Shown here in pieces: positions 22,070-30,455 of a DNA stretch of 64,000 bases. This DNA is from an uncultured Gemmatimonadales bacterium (GTDB lineage Bacteria > Gemmatimonadota > Gemmatimonadetes > Gemmatimonadales > Gemmatimonadaceae): the NCBI GenBank assembly GCA_963707505.1, contig CAVPQB010000001.1:32001-96000 (forward strand). Direction: 5' to 3'. Positions within the stretch are counted from its first letter, which is position 1, and every line of letters starts with the position of its first letter. Below the pieces are notes generated by a model, which saw only the letters and a list, made by a program, of their open reading frames with translations, did not search any database and was not told the DNA's origin. The position numbers were made by a program, and so were the translations under genes.

Positions 22070-23665
22070 ATGCAGATGCGCCAGCTGTTGCTTAGCGCCA
22101 CAGCCTCCTTACTCGTCGCAGGAACAGTCTCGGCTCAGCGCCCCCGGCCCGGTGGTCCACCGGGTGCACCAGCTGCCGCAACACCTGGAGCCCAGCGTGG
22201 TGCCAGAGCAGACACGACCGCGGACACGCTCGGCGTGCCGGCGATCGAGAAAATTTCGACGACCCATCACACAACCAGCATCAATGGCAAGTCGATCAGC
22301 TACACGGTGCATACCGGTACCATGGTGTTGCGCGACGAAAACGAAAAGCCCAAGGCATCGGTCTTCTTCATCGCCTATACCAAGGATCAGGAAGACGCAG
22401 CGACGCGCCCGCTGACCTTCTTCTTCAACGGCGGACCCGGCTCGGCGTCACTCTGGCTCGACATGGGCATCATGGCACCGATGCACCCCGACATGGGCCC
22501 GAACGGATCACAGCCCGCGCCTCCGTACAACCTGGTCGACAATCCGAACTCCCCGCTCGACGTTACCGATCTCGTTCAGGTCGATGCGATGATGACCGGC
22601 TACTCACGCCCCGCGAAGGGTGTCAAGGAAACCGACTTCACCGGCACGCAGAACGACATCGCGATGTTCGGCGAGTTCATCCGCGACTACCTCGACAAGT
22701 ACAAGCGCTGGCAGTCACCCAAGTATCTGTTCGGCGAGAGCTACGGCACATTCCGCTCGGCCGGCCTCGCGTCGCAGCTGCAGTCGGCTGAAGGCATCGA
22801 GCTCAATGGTGTCATGCTGCTCGGCACCGTACTCGACTTGCAGTACATCGCCCCGTCTGCGACGAACGACATCGGCTACTCGACATTCCTGCCGACCTAC
22901 ACGGCTACAGCGTGGTACCACAAGAAGCTCCCGTCCGATCTGCAGAGTCAGACGCTGCAACAGGTTGTGCAGCAGTCGCGCGACTACGCGTTCGGTGACT
23001 ACATGACCGCGCTCGCCAAGGGCAACAAACTGACACAGGCCGAGCGTACGGCTGTTGCGCAGAAGGTTGCGCGACTCACGGGCCTGTCGCAGCAGTTTGT
23101 GTTGAACACGAATCTCCGCATCGACGCAGGCACCTTCCGCACTGAGCTGCTGCGCGATCAGCGCGAGATGCTGGGTCGCTATGACAGTCGCATGATCGGC
23201 ATCAACGGAAACGCGTCGAGCACGCGCCAGGACTACGATCCGTCGGACGTCGCACCGTCCGGCGCATTCATGTCCGCCTTCATGCGCTACCTGCACGAAG
23301 ACCTCGGCTACTCCAGCAACCTGCAGTACTACATGGGCGGCCATAGCGGGCGTTGGGACTGGGGCCCCGGTGGCTACGCCGGATACCCCAGCACGATCGA
23401 AGACCTGCGCACCGCGATGGCAAAGGATCCGTACCTTCACGTGATGGTCGGCGCCGGCTACTACGACACCGCGACACCGTTCGCGAACGCAGAGTACAGC
23501 TTCGACCACCTCGGCTTCGACAAGACGTACAGCGATCGCGTCGAGTTCAAGTACTACGAGAGCGGTCACATGGCCTATCTCAACCAGGCCTCGGCGAAGC
23601 AACTGAAGTCGGACATCGCGAACTTCATCGCTTCCACGAAGAAGGGTGGGAAGGTCTCGCAGTAA
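22070..23665 (+). CDS. Secreted S10 family serine carboxypeptidase
   Basis: FFFNGGPGSAS, nucleophile GESYG, GYYDTATP, YESGHMAY. GGAG RBS before ATG 22070; signal peptide VSA|Q. Confidence 0.93.
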   Translation: MQMRQLLLSATASLLVAGTVSAQRPRPGGPPGAPAAATPGAQRGARADTTADTLGVPAIEKISTTHHTTSINGKSISYTVHTGTMVLRDENEKPKASVFFIAYTKDQEDAATRPLTFFFNGGPGSASLWLDMGIMAPMHPDMGPNGSQPAPPYNLVDNPNSPLDVTDLVQVDAMMTGYSRPAKGVKETDFTGTQNDIAMFGEFIRDYLDKYKRWQSPKYLFGESYGTFRSAGLASQLQSAEGIELNGVMLLGTVLDLQYIAPSATNDIGYSTFLPTYTATAWYHKKLPSDLQSQTLQQVVQQSRDYAFGDYMTALAKGNKLTQAERTAVAQKVARLTGLSQQFVLNTNLRIDAGTFRTELLRDQREMLGRYDSRMIGINGNASSTRQDYDPSDVAPSGAFMSAFMRYLHEDLGYSSNLQYYMGGHSGRWDWGPGGYAGYPSTIEDLRTAMAKDPYLHVMVGAGYYDTATPFANAEYSFDHLGFDKTYSDRVEFKYYESGHMAYLNQASAKQLKSDIANFIASTKKGGKVSQ

Positions 23666-23705
23666 CCACGTGAGCCGCTCGTGAGTACTTGAGAGCGGTC
23701 GAATG

Positions 23706-23749
23706 AACAGCGGGGTCGAGAATCAGTTCATTCTCGACCCCGCTGTTTT
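23706..23749. terminator. Intrinsic terminator between convergent genes
   Basis: 18-bp perfect stem aacagcggggtcgagaat-cagttc-attctcgaccccgctgtt followed by tt. Confidence 0.8.
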
Positions 23750-23774
23750 ACACGCAGTGCGTATACCGTAATCG

Positions 23775-24698
23775 CTAGATTTCTCCAGCGAGGATCCTGC
23801 CGTACAGCGCCGGATCAACGTTACCGCCGCTGACGATCAGACACACGCTCTTGCCTGAAAAACGCGACGCGTCGGCGAGCATCGCACCGGTGGTCAACGC
23901 ACCTGTCGGCTCCGACTTGAGATTGGCGAGCGAGAAGAGCAATCGCACGGCCTCGGTGATCTGCAGTTCGGGAACTTCGATGATGCCGGCGAGTCCGTGC
24001 TGCAGAATCGCCCAGTTGTGCGCGCCGAGTGAGCGTGTGCGCGCGCCGTCCGCGATGGACTGCGGCTCGTGCTCATTCACGACGATGTGTCCTGCGCGGA
24101 GTGACTGCGCTGCATCGTTTGCAAGGAGCGGCTCGGCGCCGAATACCGGAAGTTGGCTTCCGGATTCTCGTAATCCCTGAATGATGCCGGACGATAGTCC
24201 GCCGCCGCCGATCGGAACGACGACTGCATCAAAGGAGTATGGCGCGTTGGCAAGCTCGCGTCCCAGCGTTGCGTTTCCTGCGATTACCAGTGGATCGTTG
24301 TATGCGCTTGCGATGTAGGCTTCCGGATACTGCGCCGCGAGCTCCGCGACGCGAGCTTCGCGCGTGATGACGGTCGTGTCGATCAGCTCGGCAGTTGCTC
24401 CGTATGCGATCACTGCATCGACCTTGACGCGCGCCGAGTTCTGCGGCATCACGACTATGCAACGCTTGCCGGTCAGTTTGCACGCGAGAGCGGTCGCCTG
24501 ACCGAAGTTGCCGCTGCTCGCCGTGATGATCATCGGGTGCGGCACCGAGCTAGCTACGTTATACGCTGCGCGGAACTTGAAGCTGCCCGTGTACTGAAAT
24601 GTCTCGCTTGCGAGAACCACCGTTGCACCCAGCCGCTCGCTCAGCCGCGGCGCCTCGATGAGAGTGGTGGGGCGCAGATTCGTTGGCTTGTCGGTCAC
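23775..24698 (-). CDS. PLP-dependent threonine/serine dehydratase (serine racemase-like)
   Basis: GSFKFR (PLP Lys), SSGNFGQ, PIGGGGL, SEPTGA, SGGNVD. GTG start at 24698 preferred over 24887. Confidence 0.9.
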   Translation of the reverse strand: MTDKPTNLRPTTLIEAPRLSERLGATVVLASETFQYTGSFKFRAAYNVASSVPHPMIITASSGNFGQATALACKLTGKRCIVVMPQNSARVKVDAVIAYGATAELIDTTVITREARVAELAAQYPEAYIASAYNDPLVIAGNATLGRELANAPYSFDAVVVPIGGGGLSSGIIQGLRESGSQLPVFGAEPLLANDAAQSLRAGHIVVNEHEPQSIADGARTRSLGAHNWAILQHGLAGIIEVPELQITEAVRLLFSLANLKSEPTGALTTGAMLADASRFSGKSVCLIVSGGNVDPALYGRILAGEI

Positions 24699-24912
24699 GC
24701 GAGACTCATGGCGAAAAGTGAGGAGGTTGGTGGGTCGGCTGGTTCGTTCCAATGATAACCTGACCCAACTCAGCGGCCATATGGGCCGCCGCCCAACCCC
24801 GCCGATCCGCGGCTCATTACAACGAATCGTATACTTTATCCGTTGTTGAAGAATAAGAATACTTCGGACAGACGACCAGTCCGACAATCTCCATTTCCGT
24901 CCTCTCGCTCAG

Positions 24913-26922
24913 GTGACTTGGATGCAATCTCGGGATCGCCGTTCCATGATTTACAGCGCCGCTCGCGGGGCCGCCGCACTGGTGTCCATTGCTGCTTTCG
25001 GTGTCATTCTTCCACACACCGCTGCCGCCCAGGACAGATCCGTCCCCGTCTTCAAGGACGGCATGGCCCAGATCGTCCCCGGATTTCAGGATTCCACCAC
25101 CTGGGTCCGCCAGGAGCTCTGGGTCGAGACCGGCTTCGACACCGACGGCGACGGCAAGCCTGACCGCATGCACGTGGACGTCACTCGCCCGCGACAGACG
25201 GACACGGAGGGACTCAAGGTCTCCGTCGTCTACGAATCCAGCCCCTACTTCGCTGGCACGTCGGGTCCCAGACAGTACCTCTGGAACGTCAAGCAGGAAG
25301 TTGGCGCGACGCCAACTCAGCGCGAGCATCAACCCGAGATTCCATTCAAGCCCGTCCGTCCCCGGATCTCCAACGACCTGATCAACGAGTGGGTCCCGCG
25401 CGGCTTCGCAGTCGTGCATTCCGAGGCGCCCGGCACCGGGCTGTCGCAGGGATGTCCGACTGTCGGCGACACACCCGAGCGCATGGCGCCAAAGGCCGTT
25501 ATCGATTGGCTCAACGGACGCGCCAAGGGCTACACGACCGAGACCGGCAATGAAGAAGTGAAGGCCAGCTGGTCCACCGGCAAGGTCGGGATGATCGGAA
25601 CGTCCTACAACGGGACGCTTCCGCTCGCCGCTGCGACGACCGGTGTGAAGGGACTCGAGGTAGTCATTCCAGTTTCACCGAACACGTCGTACTACCACTA
25701 CTATCGCACCAACGGTCTCGTCCGCCATCCCGGCGGATGGCTTGGCGAGGACATCGACTTCGTCTACGACTTCATTCACAGCGGCGACCCTGCAAAGCGC
25801 GCGTATTGCAATGCTACATATCGCGATGGACTGTTCGCAGCAGCCGGCGGACGTGATCGTGCGACGGGCGACTACAACGACTTCTGGGCGAAGCGCGATC
25901 TTCTTCCATTCGTAAAGAACATCAAGGCTGCCGTACTGCTGGCACACGGATTCAACGACTGGAACGTGGTGCCCGAGCACAGCGTGCGCATCTACAATGA
26001 GATGAAGGCTGATGGTCTTCCCGTCTCCGCTTACTTCCATCAGGGCGGACACGGCGGGAACCCGCCAGATGACATGGTGAACCAGTGGTTCAGTCACTAC
26101 CTCTACGGCGTCGACAATGGTGTCGAGAAAGCACCGCCAGTATGGATAGTTCATGAAGAAGCGGCACAGGCCGAGCAGGCGAAAGCCGAGGTGGCACGGA
26201 TAGCCGCTGGCACTCCCGTGCAGCGCGGTCGACGCGGTGGTCCCCGTCCTCCACGCACTGCTCCAACTCCGTACGCTTCGTTCCCCGTGCCGGGATCGGT
26301 GCAGGTTGTGCTGCATCCGGTCGGTAACGGAAATTCAGTCGGAAGTCTCAGTCTCGTAGCACCGAAGAACGATGGCAACGAGAAGCTGATCGACGACGTC
26401 TCGTTCAGCGGGAGCGCGCTCGCGTTGGCAGCGCAGTCGCCGCACAGATTGCTGTTCGCGACTGCACCACTCACCGACACCGTTCACATATCGGGAACGT
26501 CACGCATCACGCTGCGCGTTGCTTTCAGCAAACCCGCTGCGAATCTAACAGTATGGCTCGTGCAGCTTCCGTTCGACTCGACCACCATCGGCACGTCGAT
26601 TCAGGAAGGGCTCATCACGCGCGGCTGGGCAGATCCCGAGAATTACAGGTCGCTCACGCACGGTGGCAACTACGATTCGAAGTTGCCCGGCGAGAAGCTC
26701 ATCCCCGGCAAGTTCTACAACATGACGTTCGACATCGAGCCCGACGACGAATTCATTCCGGCGGGCAAGCAGATTGGCGTGATGATCATGTCGAGCGATC
26801 CCGAGTTCACACTGTGGCCGAAGGCGGGGACCGAGCTCACCGTCGATCTCAACGGCAGCTCGTTCAGCCTGCCGATTGTCGGAGGAACGGGAGCGCTCAG
26901 GAGCGCCGGAGCGATCAAATAG
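24913..26922 (+). CDS. Xaa-Pro dipeptidyl-peptidase (S15, CocE/NonD family), secreted
   Basis: DTDGDGKPDR, AVIDWLNGRA, GKVGMIGTSYNG nucleophile elbow, HGFNDWNV, HQGGH; signal peptide AAA|Q. Exact start uncertain. Confidence 0.9.
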   Translation: MTWMQSRDRRSMIYSAARGAAALVSIAAFGVILPHTAAAQDRSVPVFKDGMAQIVPGFQDSTTWVRQELWVETGFDTDGDGKPDRMHVDVTRPRQTDTEGLKVSVVYESSPYFAGTSGPRQYLWNVKQEVGATPTQREHQPEIPFKPVRPRISNDLINEWVPRGFAVVHSEAPGTGLSQGCPTVGDTPERMAPKAVIDWLNGRAKGYTTETGNEEVKASWSTGKVGMIGTSYNGTLPLAAATTGVKGLEVVIPVSPNTSYYHYYRTNGLVRHPGGWLGEDIDFVYDFIHSGDPAKRAYCNATYRDGLFAAAGGRDRATGDYNDFWAKRDLLPFVKNIKAAVLLAHGFNDWNVVPEHSVRIYNEMKADGLPVSAYFHQGGHGGNPPDDMVNQWFSHYLYGVDNGVEKAPPVWIVHEEAAQAEQAKAEVARIAAGTPVQRGRRGGPRPPRTAPTPYASFPVPGSVQVVLHPVGNGNSVGSLSLVAPKNDGNEKLIDDVSFSGSALALAAQSPHRLLFATAPLTDTVHISGTSRITLRVAFSKPAANLTVWLVQLPFDSTTIGTSIQEGLITRGWADPENYRSLTHGGNYDSKLPGEKLIPGKFYNMTFDIEPDDEFIPAGKQIGVMIMSSDPEFTLWPKAGTELTVDLNGSSFSLPIVGGTGALRSAGAIK

Positions 26923-26951
26923 GCTCGCCAACAGCGTGCTGCAGTTATTGG

Positions 26952-26983
26952 ACGGCCACCCCCTTCAGGTGGCCGTTTGCTTT
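26952..26983 (+). terminator. Intrinsic terminator
   Basis: acggccacc-cccttca-ggtggccgt followed by ttgcttt. Confidence 0.7.
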
Positions 26984-27056
26984 CCCGGCTTCGCATCTCC
27001 CTGAGCGGGGATCGCCCACATTCAGCCGTTTTTACGGAACTGAGATGAATCGAATA

Positions 27057-27113
27057 TGGACAGGATGATTATGTGGCCATATATTTATGGCTATAGCTGC
27101 AATATTATGGCTA
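27057..27113 (+). promoter_or_regulatory. Sigma70-type promoter with overlapping operator of the TA operon
   Basis: TGGACA (27057-62), 17 bp, TATATT (27080-85). IR tggccata-tatt-tatggcta covers the -10; ttatggcta repeated at 27085 and 27105; AGGAGG RBS follows. Confidence 0.75.
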
Positions 27114-27128
27114 ATAGGAGGATCGTGC

Positions 27129-27425
27129 ATGCCAAAAAAATCACGACATGGATCGCGAGGGTACCCCGCACCGTCCACCGCACTGTCATCGCGTGCAGTG
27201 ATGGAAGTGAAGGCAGGCGTGTTCAAGGATACATGTCTCCAGCTTCTCGACGATGTGCGAGACCGGGGTTTGCAAATCATTGTGACGAAGTATGGAGAAC
27301 CCGTGGCCAAGCTAGTCGCAGCAGAAGTGGCAATGCCGAGTGCATTTGGTTTTATGAGCGGGACTGTCATCGCTGAAGAGGACATCGTCGCACCTGACTT
27401 CGACTCATGGGGTGACCTGGCGTGA
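27129..27425 (+). CDS. Phd/YefM family antitoxin
   Basis: VKAGVFKDTCLQLLDDV...IIVTKYGEPVAKLV...GFMSGTVIAEEDIVAP; AGGAGG RBS before ATG 27129. Confidence 0.9.
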   Translation: MPKKSRHGSRGYPAPSTALSSRAVMEVKAGVFKDTCLQLLDDVRDRGLQIIVTKYGEPVAKLVAAEVAMPSAFGFMSGTVIAEEDIVAPDFDSWGDLA

Positions 27426-27907
27426 GGCCATCTCGTGCCAGGTCTTCCAGTGTTTTGCGCGCTACTGATCTTGCCGACTACGACGGTCCGCTTCTACTCG
27501 ACACACACATCTGGGTGTGGCACCTGGGAGGCGATACCGCTCGACTCACTGCTGACGTCATTCGGTTGCTCGATCGAGTCGGCGCAGCGTCGCGTCTCCA
27601 CGTTTCCGACATCTCGTATTGGGAAGTGGCAGTGAAAGCCGCGAAGCAAAGAATCACGCTATCGATGGACGCAGCAGTATGGCTACAGCGGGCAGAGCGC
27701 GCGCCCGGGATCCGTTATCTTCCACTTGATCGCGAGATCCTCCTGCTGAGCACGCGTCTCGCTGGAACGGTTCACAATGACCCGGCTGACCGCATGCTTA
27801 TCGCCACAGCGCAGATCAACAACATCCCTCTGATGACGGCGGATCGGCTGATTATCGAATACGCACAGACGGTCCCGGGAACACCGGTGGTGGATCTCCG
27901 AACATGA
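27422..27907 (+). CDS. vapC: PIN-domain VapC toxin
   Basis: LLLDTHIWVW, SDISYWEV, HNDPADRMLIATA, LMTAD; GTGA overlap with the antitoxin. Confidence 0.92.
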   Translation: MRPSRARSSSVLRATDLADYDGPLLLDTHIWVWHLGGDTARLTADVIRLLDRVGAASRLHVSDISYWEVAVKAAKQRITLSMDAAVWLQRAERAPGIRYLPLDREILLLSTRLAGTVHNDPADRMLIATAQINNIPLMTADRLIIEYAQTVPGTPVVDLRT

Positions 27908-27941
27908 GCGACAGTGCATGGAGCGCACGCGATGACTCGTC

Positions 27942-30455
27942 TCACACACTCGCTCGCGGGGTTGACGGGCGGGAGCTTATCATCGCGGTTGCGCCGGCAA
28001 GACCCTGCGATGACGCGTCGATATGGATCGCACCGGCGCTGAGGGTTGCCTGAACGATCGCAACACACCGTCCACTGAACAGCTTCCGTCGCGTGGCCCT
28101 GTCCGGCTCGTGGCTGCTTGGATCGCCATTCCCGACTCCGATTATAGTACCACCACCGGTTACGACGAACGAGATCTCGGCGTCCGCGTCATCTACAGTC
28201 CGATTCCGATCGTCGACGACCTGCGCGTCGACCATCACGACATCCTCACCATCAGCGGAGATCCATTCCCGGTCGGTGTGCAGTATCACGCGCGTTGCGG
28301 GGCCGGTCGTCTCACGTTTCACCGACTTCACCACCTCGCCATTCCTGTAACCTCGTGCCTCGATCGTGCCGGGAGCGTACCGGACCTTCCACGAAACGTG
28401 CCCCTGTGCGGGGACGGGTTGCGCACCCACGCTCGCGCCATTGAGGAAGAGCTCGACACGATCGAGGTTGCTGTGAGCCCAGACGTCGATCTCCTTTCCC
28501 TCGCTTCCGGTCCAGTTCCAGTGAGGAAACAGGTGCAGCACCGGGCTGGCACCCCACCAAGCCTGATAATAGTAGAAGGTGTCTTTCGGAAAGCCGCAGG
28601 TGTCCATGATTCCGAAGTGTGAGCTGATGCACGGCCAGTCGTATGGCGATGGCTCGCCGCGATAGTCGAAACCTGTCCAGGCAAAACCGCCTGCAAGCCA
28701 ACGGCGCGCTACCGTGTACTTCCACCATTCCTCCGCCGTCGCTCCATAACCCGGCTTGTTGACGTCGTACGCGCTGACGTAGCCGTGCACCGGATCCTTC
28801 GCGTAGATGCCGCGCGTGGCAAACGCACTCGCGGTCTCCGATTCGAAGAGCGGAAGCTTCGGCATGTTTCTGTGCAGCACGTCAATGCTCTCGCGCATGT
28901 AGTTGATCCCCTGCACGTCGAGCGACAACATGACTCCCTTGCCGTACGAGCTGTCCACCGCTGCAGTGACAGGTCGGGACGGATCGAGACTCCTTGCCAG
29001 AAGGCGCATCGTGTGCGCGACATGGGTTCCCACTGTCGTGCCCTGCGAATCCCACTCCTCGTTCGAGACCGACCAGGCGAATACGCTCGGATGATTGCGG
29101 TCGCGCCGGATCATTCGCTCGAGCTGACTCAGGCCCTCAGGCTGTGAGGAGAACATTCTGGTTTCGTCGAGCACGAGCATTCCCAGCCGGTCGCAAGCGT
29201 CGAGCAGCTCCGGTGTCGGTGGGTTGTGTGATGTACGATATGCATTCGACCCCATTTCCTTGAGCTTCGCGATGCGAAAGTTCTGCACGGCATCGGGAAG
29301 AGCCGACCCGATGCCTGCGTGATCCTGATGGTTGCACGTACCCTTGAGCGCGACGCGAACCCCATTCAGAAAGAAACCATTGTCCACGTCGAAGTGTATG
29401 CTGCGAATGCCGAAGGTCGTCTCGTAGCTATCAGCAACTCTGCCACGATCGTCGACGATCGTTGTGAGGAGCGTATGAAGGTGCGGCGTCTCGACCGACC
29501 AGAGGTCCGGCCGCGGTACGTTCACGGTCTGCGTGATCGTCGACTGTGACCACCCGTTTGTGTGAGCCAGTGTGCTCCGCGCAGTGGCGATCGTTCTTCC
29601 GGATCGATCGCGGATATCCGAAACGACGCGATACGTAACGGCGGCATCGGCATGGTTGGCAACATCGGTCGCGATGGTGAGAAGCGCCGATGTTGCAGCT
29701 CCGTTGTCCGCTGAAAGCTCAGATCGCACTACGGCTCCCCATTGCGGTACGTGCAGCGGGCTCGTCTTGACGAGCCACACGTGCCTGTAGATGCCTGCGC
29801 CTTCGTAGAACCATCCTTCGTATTCTGTCGCGTCTGCCCGCACCACGAGTACGTTCGGACCGCCGAAATTCGCGACATCAGAGACGTCATAGCTGAAAGG
29901 AGCGTATCCGCTGAGGTTTCGGCCGAGCAGGTGTCCGTTGAGAACTATGATCGCGTCACGAAAGACACCATCGAACTCTAGTGAGATACGGCGGTTCACG
30001 TCGGATGCGAGAAGGTCGAAGCTGCGGCGATACCATCCTATGCTCGTTTCGGGATATCCTCGGCCCACGGGCTTGTATCCATGTCCGCGAACGTGACGGT
30101 CGTTCACGAACGGAAGGTCCACTACCCAGTCGTGCGGCAGATTCACCGCGGTCCACTGAGAGTCATCGTACTTCTGTTCGGCGACTTCAGGAAATATCTC
30201 GCCGTCCTTCGCAAACGCCTCGTTGCTGCCGAATCCGAAGTCCTTCGTTGGATCGGAAGCGTGTCCGAAGTGAAACTTCCAGTTGCGGTCAACCAGGAGG
30301 CGCTCGCGGGGACCGTCGCTGTCCGCCGATGAACGGAGACCCCGGTCGGCGCCAGCAACGTGGTCCATCGCCCGGGTGACTGCAGGCGACAGCGTCGAGC
30401 CGATGGCGATCCCCACACCGCCCTTGATTACGTCACGTCGCGTCCAGTTCTTCAT
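27942..30455 (-). CDS. GH2 beta-galactosidase-like glycoside hydrolase with Tat signal
   Basis: TRRDVIK twin-arginine; LEFDGVF, NAYRTSHNP, RDRNHPSVFAWSVSNE, WTGFDYRGEP, GVGNGDP. Confidence 0.92.
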   Translation of the reverse strand: MKNWTRRDVIKGGVGIAIGSTLSPAVTRAMDHVAGADRGLRSSADSDGPRERLLVDRNWKFHFGHASDPTKDFGFGSNEAFAKDGEIFPEVAEQKYDDSQWTAVNLPHDWVVDLPFVNDRHVRGHGYKPVGRGYPETSIGWYRRSFDLLASDVNRRISLEFDGVFRDAIIVLNGHLLGRNLSGYAPFSYDVSDVANFGGPNVLVVRADATEYEGWFYEGAGIYRHVWLVKTSPLHVPQWGAVVRSELSADNGAATSALLTIATDVANHADAAVTYRVVSDIRDRSGRTIATARSTLAHTNGWSQSTITQTVNVPRPDLWSVETPHLHTLLTTIVDDRGRVADSYETTFGIRSIHFDVDNGFFLNGVRVALKGTCNHQDHAGIGSALPDAVQNFRIAKLKEMGSNAYRTSHNPPTPELLDACDRLGMLVLDETRMFSSQPEGLSQLERMIRRDRNHPSVFAWSVSNEEWDSQGTTVGTHVAHTMRLLARSLDPSRPVTAAVDSSYGKGVMLSLDVQGINYMRESIDVLHRNMPKLPLFESETASAFATRGIYAKDPVHGYVSAYDVNKPGYGATAEEWWKYTVARRWLAGGFAWTGFDYRGEPSPYDWPCISSHFGIMDTCGFPKDTFYYYQAWWGASPVLHLFPHWNWTGSEGKEIDVWAHSNLDRVELFLNGASVGAQPVPAQGHVSWKVRYAPGTIEARGYRNGEVVKSVKRETTGPATRVILHTDREWISADGEDVVMVDAQVVDDRNRTVDDADAEISFVVTGGGTIIGVGNGDPSSHEPDRATRRKLFSGRCVAIVQATLSAGAIHIDASSQGLAGATAMISSRPSTPRASV

